Source of the DNA: a bacterium
GTDB taxonomy: Bacteria; Patescibacteriota; Minisyncoccia; UBA6257; 2-01-FULL-56-20
Length of the DNA: 64,000 nt
Direction of reading: 5' to 3'
Assembly (NCBI GenBank): GCA_021827685.1
Contig: JAKAUM010000007.1
Location: forward strand, 9,842-73,841
The notes beneath the pieces are model-generated. The model was not told where the DNA came from. It searched no databases and saw nothing but the letters and a program-made list of their open reading frames with translations. This document shows positions 1-9,745 of this stretch, one piece after another; position 1 is the first letter of the stretch; every line of letters starts with the position of its first letter. A program made the translations under genes and the position numbers.

Positions 1-1
1 T

Positions 2-757
2 ATGGGCTTCGCCCCGCAGTTGAAAAGGATCCTCCCGCTCCTGCCCGCGGAACGGCAGACGCTCCTCTTCTCCGCCACCATGCCGGAAAATATCGTCGCC
101 ATGGCGCGCGCATATTTAAAGCTCCCCCTGCGCGTCGAGATCGCGCGCTCGGGAACGGCGGCGGAGAACGTGACCCAGGAATTGTTTTTCGTTTCCCAGC
201 CGGAAAAAACGCGCCTCCTCGAAAAGGTGCTGCAGGAATACCGCGGTTCGGTTCTTGTGTTCCTGAGGACTAAATTCACCGCCAAAAAGCTCGCGACGCA
301 TCTCCGCGCGCTCGGCCACGCCGCCGCCGAACTTCATTCCAACCGTTCATTGAATCAACGGCGGGAAGCACTCGACGGATTCAAGAAAGGAAGATACCGG
401 ATCATCGTTGCGACGGACATCGCCGCCAGGGGCATCGACGTAAATAATATCGAGCTTGTCGTAAACTACGACCTTCCTTCCGTTTCGGAAGATTATGTCC
501 ACCGGATCGGCCGCACCGGCCGGGCGGGCGGCGCCGGGCACGCGATTTCCTTCGCAAGGCCGGACCAGAGAAGGGACGTGCAGGATATCGAGCGGCTTAT
601 GAGAACCACCCTCTCGGTTTCAAAACTGCCGGCATTGCCGCCCCTGCTTTACGCCGCGCCTTCATCCCCCACCGCATCGCGCAAGCCGGCTCCGCCGCTG
701 CGCGGAAGGAACGACTTCCGCCGGAGGAACCATATTAGGCATTTCGAAAAAAGATAA
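2..757 (+). CDS. DEAD-box ATP-dependent RNA helicase, C-terminal part (5' end truncated by window)
   Basis: Helicase C-domain motifs in the translation (LVFLRTK, VATDIAARGIDV, HRIGRTGRAG motif VI); basic C-terminal tail. Confidence 0.85.
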   Translation: MGFAPQLKRILPLLPAERQTLLFSATMPENIVAMARAYLKLPLRVEIARSGTAAENVTQELFFVSQPEKTRLLEKVLQEYRGSVLVFLRTKFTAKKLATHLRALGHAAAELHSNRSLNQRREALDGFKKGRYRIIVATDIAARGIDVNNIELVVNYDLPSVSEDYVHRIGRTGRAGGAGHAISFARPDQRRDVQDIERLMRTTLSVSKLPALPPLLYAAPSSPTASRKPAPPLRGRNDFRRRNHIRHFEKR

Positions 758-773
758 GATGCGCCCCGGCCGT

Positions 774-1694
774 TCACGCCCGGCGCCCGGGCCATTTCGC
801 CTTCTTGATCTTCTCGAATAGCGGCTGGTAGATATCTTCCCGCGGATCGATGAAAAGTTCCCGCGGGTCGGTTTTATCCTTGAATTCCACGGGTGCGTTT
901 TTAATCACGGCGAGCGGCTGGCGTTCCGCCCCCTCCCCCATCATAAGCACTGCGGCAGTCGCCAGGGAATCGGCGACGTCCGTACGGGACAATCTGAGAA
1001 TCCGCCCGAATATGTCGGGCGTTCCCCGGTAATCCCGGATCCCGCCGAAGCCGCTATAGCCGAGCGCGACCCCCACGATGCCCGCACGGAGAGGGAGAAG
1101 CCGGCTGTCCGTGATGATGACGCCGAGATTCTTTATACGATAATGCCTCTTGAGCTCCTCGCGGATGCGGCGCGCCGCGGCGAAACTGTTTTTCGGCAGT
1201 AAGATGAGTTTGCCGTCGGCGTTGGATTCGTCGACGCCGGCCGAGGCCATCACCATATTATCCTTGATCGTAAGCCAGGTATGTTTCGTCCGCATGCGCC
1301 ACTGGCTTTCGGATTTGATGACGCGTGCGCGGGTGCCGGCATCCTTTATCCTGCGCACCCGCCCTTCCGACAAAGCGACGATTTTCGAGGTAATGACGAT
1401 AATCGAGCCGTTCTTAACCTTCTTCGCATGGCGCACGACAAAAGGAAGGAGCGGCTCCCCTTCTTTAAAAACACGGGTTTTGATCGGCTGAATCAGCATC
1501 GCGATTACGGCGCGCGCGTTCTCGCGCATCATAATTATAGTACGCGCGTGGTCGGCGTTAAAAGCCGGAAGCGCCGCTATCCTCCCGTAACCTCGTGCTT
1601 TGCGCCCGGTTTCCCGCGGGCCATGTTCGCTTGATGCTCCTGCGTGCCGATCAGCCCGCACTTCTTCCATTTTTTCCCCGATCCGCAGGGACAA
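774..1694 (-). CDS. CofE-like protein (F420-0:gamma-glutamyl ligase family); true start probably an internal Met
   Basis: ITSKIVALSEGR-type motif typical of the CofE/FbiB N-terminal family; N-terminal 50 aa of the ORF look like read-through. Confidence 0.5.
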   Translation of the reverse strand: MSLRIGEKMEEVRADRHAGASSEHGPRETGRKARGYGRIAALPAFNADHARTIIMMRENARAVIAMLIQPIKTRVFKEGEPLLPFVVRHAKKVKNGSIIVITSKIVALSEGRVRRIKDAGTRARVIKSESQWRMRTKHTWLTIKDNMVMASAGVDESNADGKLILLPKNSFAAARRIREELKRHYRIKNLGVIITDSRLLPLRAGIVGVALGYSGFGGIRDYRGTPDIFGRILRLSRTDVADSLATAAVLMMGEGAERQPLAVIKNAPVEFKDKTDPRELFIDPREDIYQPLFEKIKKAKWPGRRA

Positions 1695-4312
1695 GGATCA
1701 TTCCGGCCGATTCCCGCCTCATCCGGATTCGCGGGGCGGGAAACCGCGATCACCGGCGGCGCAACGCCGCCGCCGGACACCGCCGCGAGCTTGAATGCGT
1801 TTGCGAACACCATGCCGTTGAAATTATCCCAGAAGCTCCTGAAAAGCCGGTGCGCTTCCTGCCGGTATTCTACGAGCGGGTCGCGCTGGCCGTAGGCGCG
1901 AAGGCCGATGGCCTCTTGGATAGCCTCCAATTCTTCCAGATGGTTCATCCACAGCATGTCGAGGATTCCCAGAAGCTGGTTTTTTGCGGCAGGACTCTCG
2001 GCCGCGAGGGCGGCGCGCGCTTCCATTATCTTTTTCATCGCATCGGGATCGTCCGGCGCGGCGGGCGTCGGCGCATCGGCGCCAATAAGCCCTGCTTCCC
2101 CGAGGGCGCGGATCAGATCTCCGCGCGGTCCGCCTTCCGTTCCCGCCGCGCCGCCTCCTTCGCGAGCCGCGCCCGCGCCGCCCGCGGACGCGAGCAGTCC
2201 TTCATAATGCGCCGCCGCCGCCTCGACAACGGCTCGCGCGAGATCCTCCTTTGAAAGTATCTCGAGCATCTCCGACCGGCGGCGGTAGACGGCCGCGCGC
2301 TGCTTATTGAGGACGTCGTCGTATTCAAGGAGGTGTTTCCGCAAGTCGAAGTTCGCGCCTTCCACTTTCTCCTGCGCCTGCTCGACCGCCTTCGTCACGA
2401 ACTTGAACTCGATCGGCTGGTCGTCGGGGACATCGAGCCGCTCCATCATGTTTTTCAGCCGGTCGCCGCCGAAAATCCGGAGAAGGTCGTCCTCGGCGGA
2501 GAGGAAGAACTGCGTGGAGCCGGGATCGCCCTGGCGCCCGGAGCGGCCGCGGAGCTGGTTATCGATGCGCCGCGCTTCGTGGCGCTCGGTTCCGAGCACG
2601 TGCAGGCCGCCGAGCTCGCGCACTTTCGCCGCTTCCTCCGGCGACGGCGGGTTCCCGCCGAGGATGATGTCGACGCCGCGGCCAGCCACGTTCGTCGCCA
2701 CCGTCACCGCGCCGGCGCGGCCCGCTTGGGCGATGATCGCCCCTTCGCGCTCGTTATTCTTCGCATTCAGCGTCTCGTGCGGAATGCCCGCTTCCGAGAG
2801 CGCCGCGGAAAAAAGCTCGTTTTTCGCGATGGAAGTCGTACCCACCAGCACGGGCTGGCCCTTCTCCCGCCGCGCCGCGATCTCGCGCACGACGGCGTCG
2901 ATCTTCGCGCGGAAATTCTTATAAATGAGGTCGTTCAGATCGCGACGGGCGAGGTCCCGGTTCGTCGGGATGCTCACGACTTCGAGCTGGTATACCTTAT
3001 AGAACTCTTCCGCGGAGGTCTGCGCGGTTCCCGTCATGCCGGCGATCTTCCCGTACATGCGGAAATAATTCTGGATGGAAATCTTCGCGTAAGTCCGCGA
3101 CTCGTCCTTGACCATGACGTTCTCTTTCGCTTCGATTGCCTGGTGCAGGCCGCCTTGATACCGGCGGCCGACGAGGATGCGTCCCGTAAACTCGTCGACG
3201 ATCATGACCTCGCCGTTCTTCACGACATAGTCGCGGTCGCGGAAGAAAAGCGCCTTCGCCTTCAAGCTCTCTTCCATGTACCGTACGAGCCGGATGTTCT
3301 CCGGCGCATAAATGTTCCGGAGGCCGAGCGTTTTTTCCACTTTTTCGACGCCTGCGTCAGTGATGGAAACGGATTTTTTCTTCTCGTCCACCGTATAATC
3401 CTCGTCCTTTTCGAGGAGCGCCGCGATGCGGGAAAAGGTCTTATAGGCGTCGCTCGACTGCGCATCCGGCGCCGCGATGATGAGGGGCGTGCGCGCCTCG
3501 TCGATCAGGATGCTGTCCACCTCGTCAATAATCGCGTAATAATGCCCGCGCTGGACGCGGTCTTCGAGCCGATAGACGAGATTGTCGCGCAGGTAGTCAA
3601 AGCCAAATTCGTGGTTCGTGCCGTAGGTCACGTCGGCGGCATAGGCCTCGCCGCGCGCAATCGGACGGAGGAATTCCTGCTGGACAAGGAAACTCCCGGT
3701 TGTATCGCGCTCCTTGTCGAGCAGTTTCGATGCTTCCGGGTTCTGCGCGCCGGCCGCGGCGGCGGCGCCCGCGGCCGCCCCGCCCGCGGCAATCGCCGGG
3801 CCTTCCTCCGGCGCTTTATAGAGCGGGTCGTACGAGAACGCGGCGTTCGGAACAAGGCAGGCGACGCTCAGCCCGAGCGCGCGGTAGATCTGGCCCATCC
3901 AGACGGCGTCGCGGCGCGCGAGGTATTCGTTCACCGTCACCACGTGTACGCCGCGGCCCGCGAGCGCGTTCAGATAGGCGGGCGCCACGGCCGCAAGCGT
4001 CTTCCCTTCCCCCGTCATCATTTCAGCCACCGCCCCGCGGTGCATGACTATGCCGCCCATGAGCTGGACGTCGAACGGGCGCTGGCCGAGAGTCCGCTTC
4101 GCCGCCTCGCGCGCAAGCGCGAAGGCCCGCGGCATAAGGACGTCGAGCGGTTCGCCTCCCGCGGCGCGTTCCTTCAGCTTCATGCTTTCCTCGCGCAATC
4201 CTTCCGCGGAGAGGCCCGCGATCTCGGTTTCGAGGGCACTGATTTCTTTCACCCTCTCCTCAAGCTCCCCGCGCGAGCGCTTGTCGAAAAAATGTTTTAT
4301 GGGGCCGAACAT
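1577..4312 (-). CDS. secA: Preprotein translocase ATPase SecA
   Basis: 911 aa; DEAD-like motor motifs; C-terminal zinc finger CPCGSGKKWKKC. Confidence 0.95.
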   Translation of the reverse strand: MFGPIKHFFDKRSRGELEERVKEISALETEIAGLSAEGLREESMKLKERAAGGEPLDVLMPRAFALAREAAKRTLGQRPFDVQLMGGIVMHRGAVAEMMTGEGKTLAAVAPAYLNALAGRGVHVVTVNEYLARRDAVWMGQIYRALGLSVACLVPNAAFSYDPLYKAPEEGPAIAAGGAAAGAAAAAGAQNPEASKLLDKERDTTGSFLVQQEFLRPIARGEAYAADVTYGTNHEFGFDYLRDNLVYRLEDRVQRGHYYAIIDEVDSILIDEARTPLIIAAPDAQSSDAYKTFSRIAALLEKDEDYTVDEKKKSVSITDAGVEKVEKTLGLRNIYAPENIRLVRYMEESLKAKALFFRDRDYVVKNGEVMIVDEFTGRILVGRRYQGGLHQAIEAKENVMVKDESRTYAKISIQNYFRMYGKIAGMTGTAQTSAEEFYKVYQLEVVSIPTNRDLARRDLNDLIYKNFRAKIDAVVREIAARREKGQPVLVGTTSIAKNELFSAALSEAGIPHETLNAKNNEREGAIIAQAGRAGAVTVATNVAGRGVDIILGGNPPSPEEAAKVRELGGLHVLGTERHEARRIDNQLRGRSGRQGDPGSTQFFLSAEDDLLRIFGGDRLKNMMERLDVPDDQPIEFKFVTKAVEQAQEKVEGANFDLRKHLLEYDDVLNKQRAAVYRRRSEMLEILSKEDLARAVVEAAAAHYEGLLASAGGAGAAREGGGAAGTEGGPRGDLIRALGEAGLIGADAPTPAAPDDPDAMKKIMEARAALAAESPAAKNQLLGILDMLWMNHLEELEAIQEAIGLRAYGQRDPLVEYRQEAHRLFRSFWDNFNGMVFANAFKLAAVSGGGVAPPVIAVSRPANPDEAGIGRNDPCPCGSGKKWKKCGLIGTQEHQANMARGKPGAKHEVTGG

Positions 4313-4315
4313 AGT

Positions 4316-4636
4316 TCAACGCGCCGCGGCCCGGCGCGTCTTATATTTTTCTATCTCGAGGCGCAGAGTGTCGCGCGCGCGGTTGATGGCGGCGCGGGCA
4401 TCTCCGGCATATTCTTCGGCGCGAAGCACCTTGCGGGGAAGGCGTAAACTGGCTGCCGCGACGAACACGTCCCCCTTCCGGTGATGGCGCGTCGTGCGCG
4501 ATATTTCAATCCATATTTCCGCCTCTCCCGTCTCGTCAAAACGCTTGACAAACTTTGCGAGCGTCCCGAGCTTCTCTTCTATATATTTCCTGAACGAAGG
4601 AGTGAGATCGGTACCGGCCTTGATGTTGATTTTCAT
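4316..4636 (-). CDS. hpf: Ribosome hibernation promoting factor (HPF/RaiA family); start chosen at internal MKINIKAG
   Basis: MKINIKAG...FxKYIEEKL pattern of the S30AE family; the shorter start avoids overlap with the murB stop at 4659. Confidence 0.75.
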   Translation of the reverse strand: MKINIKAGTDLTPSFRKYIEEKLGTLAKFVKRFDETGEAEIWIEISRTTRHHRKGDVFVAAASLRLPRKVLRAEEYAGDARAAINRARDTLRLEIEKYKTRRAAAR

Positions 4637-4658
4637 AAAATTCGTTATGGCACTTATT

Positions 4659-5720
4659 TTATACAATTTGGACCTCCTCTTCCAATTCAACGGAAAACCT
4701 CTTCTTTACCGCCGCTTTCGCAAGCCCCATGAGCGCTTTCACGTCCGATGCCTGCGCGTCGAGGGCATTCACGATAAAATTCGGATGCCGCCCCGAAATC
4801 ATGGCGCCTCCCGCAGAAACTCCGCGCAAACCGGTTTCGGCGACGAGCTTCGCCGCCGAAACGACGGGGAACGGATCGTTCTTCACCGAAAAATGCGACC
4901 CGCGGTAGACGATGCGCGCAGCCCGGAGCGCCTCGCGGTACGCCGCGCCTTGTTTGCCGAGTCCGCCGCGTCCGCGCCCGCGCCGCAAGGCCGCAAGCGG
5001 CACATTCTTGAAAATGCTCCCGATATTCGGATAATCGAGCGGATGATTCCTCTCGCGATAAGCGATTTTTTCGCGGATGGAATCCGCAATCGCTTTTTTG
5101 CCGCCCTTCCTTAAACGGAGCGCCGCTTCGAGAATGATCTCCCGCCCATTTTTCTTTTTGAAAATGCTCGCGCGATAGCCGAAGCCGCACGCGCGCGCAT
5201 TGCGCAGGAGAGGCTTCATGGCGCGCGCGTCGAAACTGCGCACCGATTCGACAACGTCTTTCATTTCTCCGCCGAAACAGCCCGCGTTGCCGCGGATCGC
5301 TCCGCCGACCGTGCCCGGCAGGCCGCCCGCCCATTCGAGGCCGGAAAGCGAATGCTTGACGCAAAAATCCAGTAGATCGCTCATGAGCACGCCTGCGCCG
5401 ACGGCGACCCTGTATTCCGCAGGCCCGGCCGGAGCAAGGTTCCGCCTTCCCGCCCGCACTACCCGTGCCGCCCGCGCGATGCGCCGCGCGCGCAGAACCC
5501 GGATCGCCGACTTGAGCACGAGCCCGGGGAATCCCCGGTCATTAATGAGAAGATTCGTTCCGCCGCCGAGGATGAGTATCGGCAGTTTGCGCTTCTTCGC
5601 TTCGCGGACGGCCCAGCCGACCTCGCGTTCATTTTTTGGCGAAAAGAAAAAGCGGGCGGGGCCGCCTATCTTATAATTGCTCAAGCGCCGCAAGGGCACG
5701 TCTTCTTTAAATTTCGGCAT
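4659..5720 (-). CDS. murB: UDP-N-acetylenolpyruvoylglucosamine reductase MurB
   Basis: FAD-binding N-terminus (GGGTNLL) and MurB C-terminal domain, ~350 aa. Confidence 0.9.
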   Translation of the reverse strand: MPKFKEDVPLRRLSNYKIGGPARFFFSPKNEREVGWAVREAKKRKLPILILGGGTNLLINDRGFPGLVLKSAIRVLRARRIARAARVVRAGRRNLAPAGPAEYRVAVGAGVLMSDLLDFCVKHSLSGLEWAGGLPGTVGGAIRGNAGCFGGEMKDVVESVRSFDARAMKPLLRNARACGFGYRASIFKKKNGREIILEAALRLRKGGKKAIADSIREKIAYRERNHPLDYPNIGSIFKNVPLAALRRGRGRGGLGKQGAAYREALRAARIVYRGSHFSVKNDPFPVVSAAKLVAETGLRGVSAGGAMISGRHPNFIVNALDAQASDVKALMGLAKAAVKKRFSVELEEEVQIV

Positions 5721-5955
5721 ATTAACCCGTCGCGCCTGCGCGGATTCCGCAAGCTGGATACGCGTGCGAAACCGGACGACGGGGAGCCGGGGCGCGCGGG
5801 AAACCGGCGGGCATGCCGCTCCGCCAAAACTTCTCCGGAGAAGAGGGCTTGGCGGAGCGGCTATGGTGACCTCCGATTCTTTTTGATTTGAACGAGTGCT
5901 CTCTAGCCGGCTCCGCTTTCAGTATACAAGCCAATGATTAAATTACAATAAACCG

Positions 5956-5981
5956 ACCAAAAACCCCCTTTCGGGGGCTTT
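5956..5981 (-). terminator. Putative intrinsic terminator (CCCCC-TTTC-GGGGG hairpin with a U-tract on the minus strand)
   Basis: Perfect 5-bp GC stem with a 4-nt loop; revcomp gives hairpin + TTTTTGG, downstream of the GtrA-like gene. Confidence 0.4.
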
Positions 5982-6117
5982 GGCCAAAAAGAATCGTGTG
6001 GGACATGCCTTAGTCGACGTCGTCGTTAAGGTATGCTCGCACCCATTCACTGGCATTCTACCAGATATCTCGAAAATGTGCAAGCCCCGTGCGGCGGCAT
6101 CCCGCGCCGTGGCGCCC

Positions 6118-6756
6118 TTATATGCGCTTCGGTTCTACCCTCGACTGCCGGAAAACCAGATATTTGTATGCGAGGAAGTCCCAAAGGAAAGAAGCCGCGA
6201 TGCCGGCAAGAGCTCCGACGTTCGCCCAGACGTTCGCAGAAACGCCCGCGGGCCGCGCAACGCCGCTGAACACGTAAGAAGCGACGCTTACGTTTAAAAG
6301 GAACCCGACCGCGGCCGCGGCATAGAATTTGACCGCTTGCGCCGCGTTCACCGGCTCGTGCGCTTCGAAAGTCCAGAACTTGTTCCATGCGTAACTGTTC
6401 GTAGTCGAACAGAGGAACGAGATGCTCTTGAAAATCCGGTATCCCCAGACGCCGGGCGCGCCGAAGAGGATGATTTCGAGGTTCAAAACGCCGACATCCA
6501 CGAAACTATTCAGGGTACCCACTGCCGCGAATTTGCCGAACTGATACAGTACGCGCACGAACCTGCTCAGGAGATAGAGGACGGAAAGCGCGAGGGGCGC
6601 GAATGCCGTAAAGCCGAGGAACACGGCCGCGCGGCGCGCGGGAGTGAGCGCCAAGTGGAACTGACCCGCCACGTTCGCGAGAATCGGCTGGGAAAGAAGT
6701 CCGACGGCGGCGCCGATTACGAGCGCCGCCCAAAAATCACTTCGTTTCATAAACAA
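6118..6756 (-). CDS. GtrA-family membrane protein (N-terminally extended)
   Basis: QFGKFAAVGTLNSFVD...NKFWTF, GtrA-like TM signature. Confidence 0.7.
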   Translation of the reverse strand: MFMKRSDFWAALVIGAAVGLLSQPILANVAGQFHLALTPARRAAVFLGFTAFAPLALSVLYLLSRFVRVLYQFGKFAAVGTLNSFVDVGVLNLEIILFGAPGVWGYRIFKSISFLCSTTNSYAWNKFWTFEAHEPVNAAQAVKFYAAAAVGFLLNVSVASYVFSGVARPAGVSANVWANVGALAGIAASFLWDFLAYKYLVFRQSRVEPKRI

Positions 6757-7489
6757 TGGTCACGCTATCCGTGATCTCCCGCGTCCCCGGCTGGAGATTC
6801 GGAACTGCTGCGCTACCCGCGCTAAGCGCCACGGCGGAGTCCATCGCGCCATAGAACGGCTGAGGCAGATATGAGTTCTCCGCCACGCTGACCGGCCGGC
6901 CAAGCGAAACGCCGGCCTCCTGCGCCATCTCCTGCGCCTTTGCCCGCGCCAAGCTGAACGCGTCAGCGCGCGCCGCGGCGAGCGCCTTATTCCCGTCGCT
7001 GAAGGTGAAATCAACCGATCCGACCTGGTTCACGCCGAGCGGCGCGAGGCCGCCGAGCACCGAAGCCACCTTGGAGAGGTCGCGCACTTTGACCGTGACC
7101 GTCTGCGTAAGCATGTAGCCCGAGATGCCGCCGCGCAGAACCGTCTTCCCCGATTGATAAATCGGCGCAAGGCTGTAATCGGCGGTCGCGATATCGCTCG
7201 TCGCGATCCCCTGCGATTCGAGGAATCCGATTGCCGCGTTCATCTTTTGATCGTTGAGATTCGAAAGGTCTGATGGGTTCGCCCCCTGTGTAACGACCGA
7301 GAAGGAAATCTCGGCAAGATCGGGGGCGGCCAAAGTTTTTCCCTGTGCGGTTACCGTAAGCGTATGCGCCGGCGCAAAGCTCTCGCCGAGCCGCCGCACC
7401 GCCGGCATCACGAAGAACACAAGATTCACTATCGCGACCGCGAGAAGCGCGTCCAAAAGAATCCAGAACCATAGTTTCGACCGTTCCAT
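6737..7489 (-). CDS. SIMPL-domain (DUF541) periplasmic/secreted protein
   Basis: N-terminal TM/signal anchor; SIMPL-like core (~26 kDa periplasmic immunogenic protein family). Confidence 0.7.
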   Translation of the reverse strand: MERSKLWFWILLDALLAVAIVNLVFFVMPAVRRLGESFAPAHTLTVTAQGKTLAAPDLAEISFSVVTQGANPSDLSNLNDQKMNAAIGFLESQGIATSDIATADYSLAPIYQSGKTVLRGGISGYMLTQTVTVKVRDLSKVASVLGGLAPLGVNQVGSVDFTFSDGNKALAAARADAFSLARAKAQEMAQEAGVSLGRPVSVAENSYLPQPFYGAMDSAVALSAGSAAVPNLQPGTREITDSVTIVYETK

Positions 7490-7510
7490 TTTATTATTTT
7501 TATTTTTGGT

Positions 7511-8308
7511 TTATTTGTTTTTTCCGCGCGGGGCGGCCGAAGCGGCATCCAATAAATCCGCGAACTCCCCGGCGCGCAGACTCGCGCCCCCGACAAGGGC
7601 GCCGTCTATTTCCTTTAATGATATATAATCCCGGATATTTTTGCCGTCCACGGATCCCCCGTAGAGCACGCGCGGCGCAAAACCCGCCGTTTTCCTCAAA
7701 GAGCGCTTGATAAATGCGGCCATGGCGGCCGCGTCTTCCGGTTTGTCGCGCTTCCCCGTGCCGATCGCCCATACCGGCTCGTAGGCGACGATGACGCGCC
7801 GCGCCGCAGCCGTTCCGCGGATGCCGCGAATATCCTTTTTGAGCTGGACTTCCACGAAATGGCGGGCCGAGGCGATCCCCTTCCGGCGAACCGCTGCCGG
7901 TTCGCCCACGCAGAGGATCGCGCGCAGGCCGTCCGTGAGCGCGCGCTTCAGCTTCCGGTTTATCGCGGCATCGGTTTCATGCATCCATCTGCGGCGTTCC
8001 GAGTGCCCGACGATGACATATTCCGCGCCGAGCGCGCGGAGCATTTTCCCTCCCACCTCGCCCGTATGCGGCCCTTTTTCTTCCCAAAATACGTCCTGCG
8101 CGCCGAGCGCCGGACGGGGCGGCTTCAGGCGGCGGAGTTCGCCCGCGACCTGTTCCAAGAACACGAAAGGCGGGCAGACCGCGACGGAGATGCCGGCCGC
8201 CGCGGCGCGGCTCCGCCGCGCCGCGGCGGCAGTAGCCCGAAAAAGCGCGAGCGCCCGCCGCTCCGTTACCGGATTTTCCTTCCAGTTCGCAATAATGAGT
8301 TTATGCAT
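7511..8308 (-). CDS. tpiA: Triosephosphate isomerase
   Basis: IANWKEN, VGHSERR, YEPVWAIGTG motifs. Confidence 0.9.
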   Translation of the reverse strand: MHKLIIANWKENPVTERRALALFRATAAAARRSRAAAAGISVAVCPPFVFLEQVAGELRRLKPPRPALGAQDVFWEEKGPHTGEVGGKMLRALGAEYVIVGHSERRRWMHETDAAINRKLKRALTDGLRAILCVGEPAAVRRKGIASARHFVEVQLKKDIRGIRGTAAARRVIVAYEPVWAIGTGKRDKPEDAAAMAAFIKRSLRKTAGFAPRVLYGGSVDGKNIRDYISLKEIDGALVGGASLRAGEFADLLDAASAAPRGKNK

Positions 8309-8351
8309 GGCGCTATGCGAATTTCGTGTTTTCTGTCCAAAAACCTTTCTT

Positions 8352-8426
8352 GTACCGCCATCGGGATTTGAACCCGAGTTTTCGCCGTGAGAGGGCGACG
8401 TCCTAGACCGGACTAGACGATGACGG
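8352..8426 (-). tRNA. tRNA-Glu (anticodon CUC)
   Basis: Manual fold: acceptor GCCGTCA/TGGCGGT, D-arm GTCTAGTCCGGTCTAGGAC, anticodon loop CTCTCAC, T-arm CGGG-TTCAAAT-CCCG. Confidence 0.7.
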
Positions 8427-9716
8427 CGTCGTGTCTCTTATCACTCCGACCACTTTATCCAACTCCATCGCATGGGAACCTTTCACTAAGATAAGATCCC
8501 CTTCGCGAACCGCCTGGCGCAGGGGTTTGGCGGCCTCATCCGCAACATCGAACGATTCTATCTTCGCCGCCTTCATGCCGCACTTCCGGGCGGCGTCCGC
8601 AATGAATCTGGCGCGGGGACCAACGGTGAACAGGAGATCGGCCGCGCCGGCCGCAAGGCGGCCGACTTCCTCGTGCGCCTCCGGCGCGTATTTTCCTATC
8701 TCCAGCATATCGCCGAGCACCGCAAGGCGGCGTTTTGCAGGAAGCTCGCCGAGCGCGGTGAGCGCCGCGCGCATGGAGAGCGGACTCGCGTTATATGAGT
8801 CGTCGATGACAAGAGAGTGCTTGATGCCGGGCAGGAGTTCCATCCGCGAGGATGCGGGCCTGTATCCGGCGAGCGCCTCGGAAATCTTAACGAGATTCAT
8901 GCCGAAAATCAATCCGGCGGCCGCGGCAGCGGCCGCGGCGTACGCCTGCGCCCTGCCGAACGCGCCCGGGATCCGCACCGGCACCGAACTCCCGGCAAAC
9001 TCCAGCCGGAAAGCGGTTCCGCGCGGCGTTCCGCCATCCATCCAATTCTCGAACCGCGCGATGCGGACATCGGCGCCTTTTTCGAATCCGTAAGTTACGG
9101 CGCGGGCGCGCGTGCGCGGCTCGAGCCGCATGACCGTATCGTCGTCGTGGTTCAAGACCGCGAACCCGGCCGCGGGCAGGCATTCGATAAGGCGGCCCTT
9201 TTCGCGCGCAACCGCTTCGGGACCGGAGTAGTATTCCAAGTGGGCGGGTGTTTCTCCGATGGCGGTCACGACGCTCGCATTCGGCCGCGCAATTCTCAAT
9301 AATTTTTTAATGTCGCCCGGACGGTCGGCTCCGTACTCTAAAACGAGAATTTCCGGATAGCCCGGGTCCTTTACGATGAGGCGGCGGGCGGACGAAAAAA
9401 TGACGCGGCACCAAAAGAAGGCCTTTCGGAGGCGGGCCGCGCCGGGCGGCGTTTCATGCGAAATAAGCGCAAGGTCGCGCGCGGGCCAATCCCCGAGAAT
9501 CGCGAGGGGAAGACCGAGGTCGTTGTTCAGGTTGCCCGCAGAGGCGCGGACGCGCGGCGTCCGGCCCCCGGAAAGCACCGCCGCGATTGCGAGCTTTGCA
9601 GACGTCTTTCCCACGCTCCCCGTAACGCCGATGACGGCCGGCCGGTAGCGGCGGATAGTGAGCCGCGCCAGGCCGCGCAGCAACCATCTGAGCAAATCGG
9701 TGTAAAAGCGTTTCAT
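8403..9716 (-). CDS. murF: UDP-MurNAc-tripeptide--D-Ala-D-Ala ligase MurF
   Basis: GVTGSVGKTS P-loop, Mur ligase middle and C-terminal domains; 3' end of the ORF overlaps tRNA-Glu by ~24 nt. Confidence 0.9.
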   Translation of the reverse strand: MKRFYTDLLRWLLRGLARLTIRRYRPAVIGVTGSVGKTSAKLAIAAVLSGGRTPRVRASAGNLNNDLGLPLAILGDWPARDLALISHETPPGAARLRKAFFWCRVIFSSARRLIVKDPGYPEILVLEYGADRPGDIKKLLRIARPNASVVTAIGETPAHLEYYSGPEAVAREKGRLIECLPAAGFAVLNHDDDTVMRLEPRTRARAVTYGFEKGADVRIARFENWMDGGTPRGTAFRLEFAGSSVPVRIPGAFGRAQAYAAAAAAAAGLIFGMNLVKISEALAGYRPASSRMELLPGIKHSLVIDDSYNASPLSMRAALTALGELPAKRRLAVLGDMLEIGKYAPEAHEEVGRLAAGAADLLFTVGPRARFIADAARKCGMKAAKIESFDVADEAAKPLRQAVREGDLILVKGSHAMELDKVVGVIRDTTPSSSSPV

Positions 9717-9745
9717 TGACGATAATAAAAAGCGCCGCAGGCGGG

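Noticed and set aside
2333-4447. 704-aa ORF on the plus strand opposite secA, and many similar long ORFs antisense to real genes (e.g. 39019-39864, 39899-40807, 43999-44790, 53037-54476)
   Set aside because: Arg/Ala/Pro-rich low-complexity translations typical of stop-codon-poor antisense frames in high-GC DNA. Each overlaps a gene with clear family motifs on the other strand.
5980-6390. Short overlapping ORFs in the murB-gtrA intergenic region
   Set aside because: Overlapping frames with no RBS or motifs. The region is better explained as promoter/terminator space.
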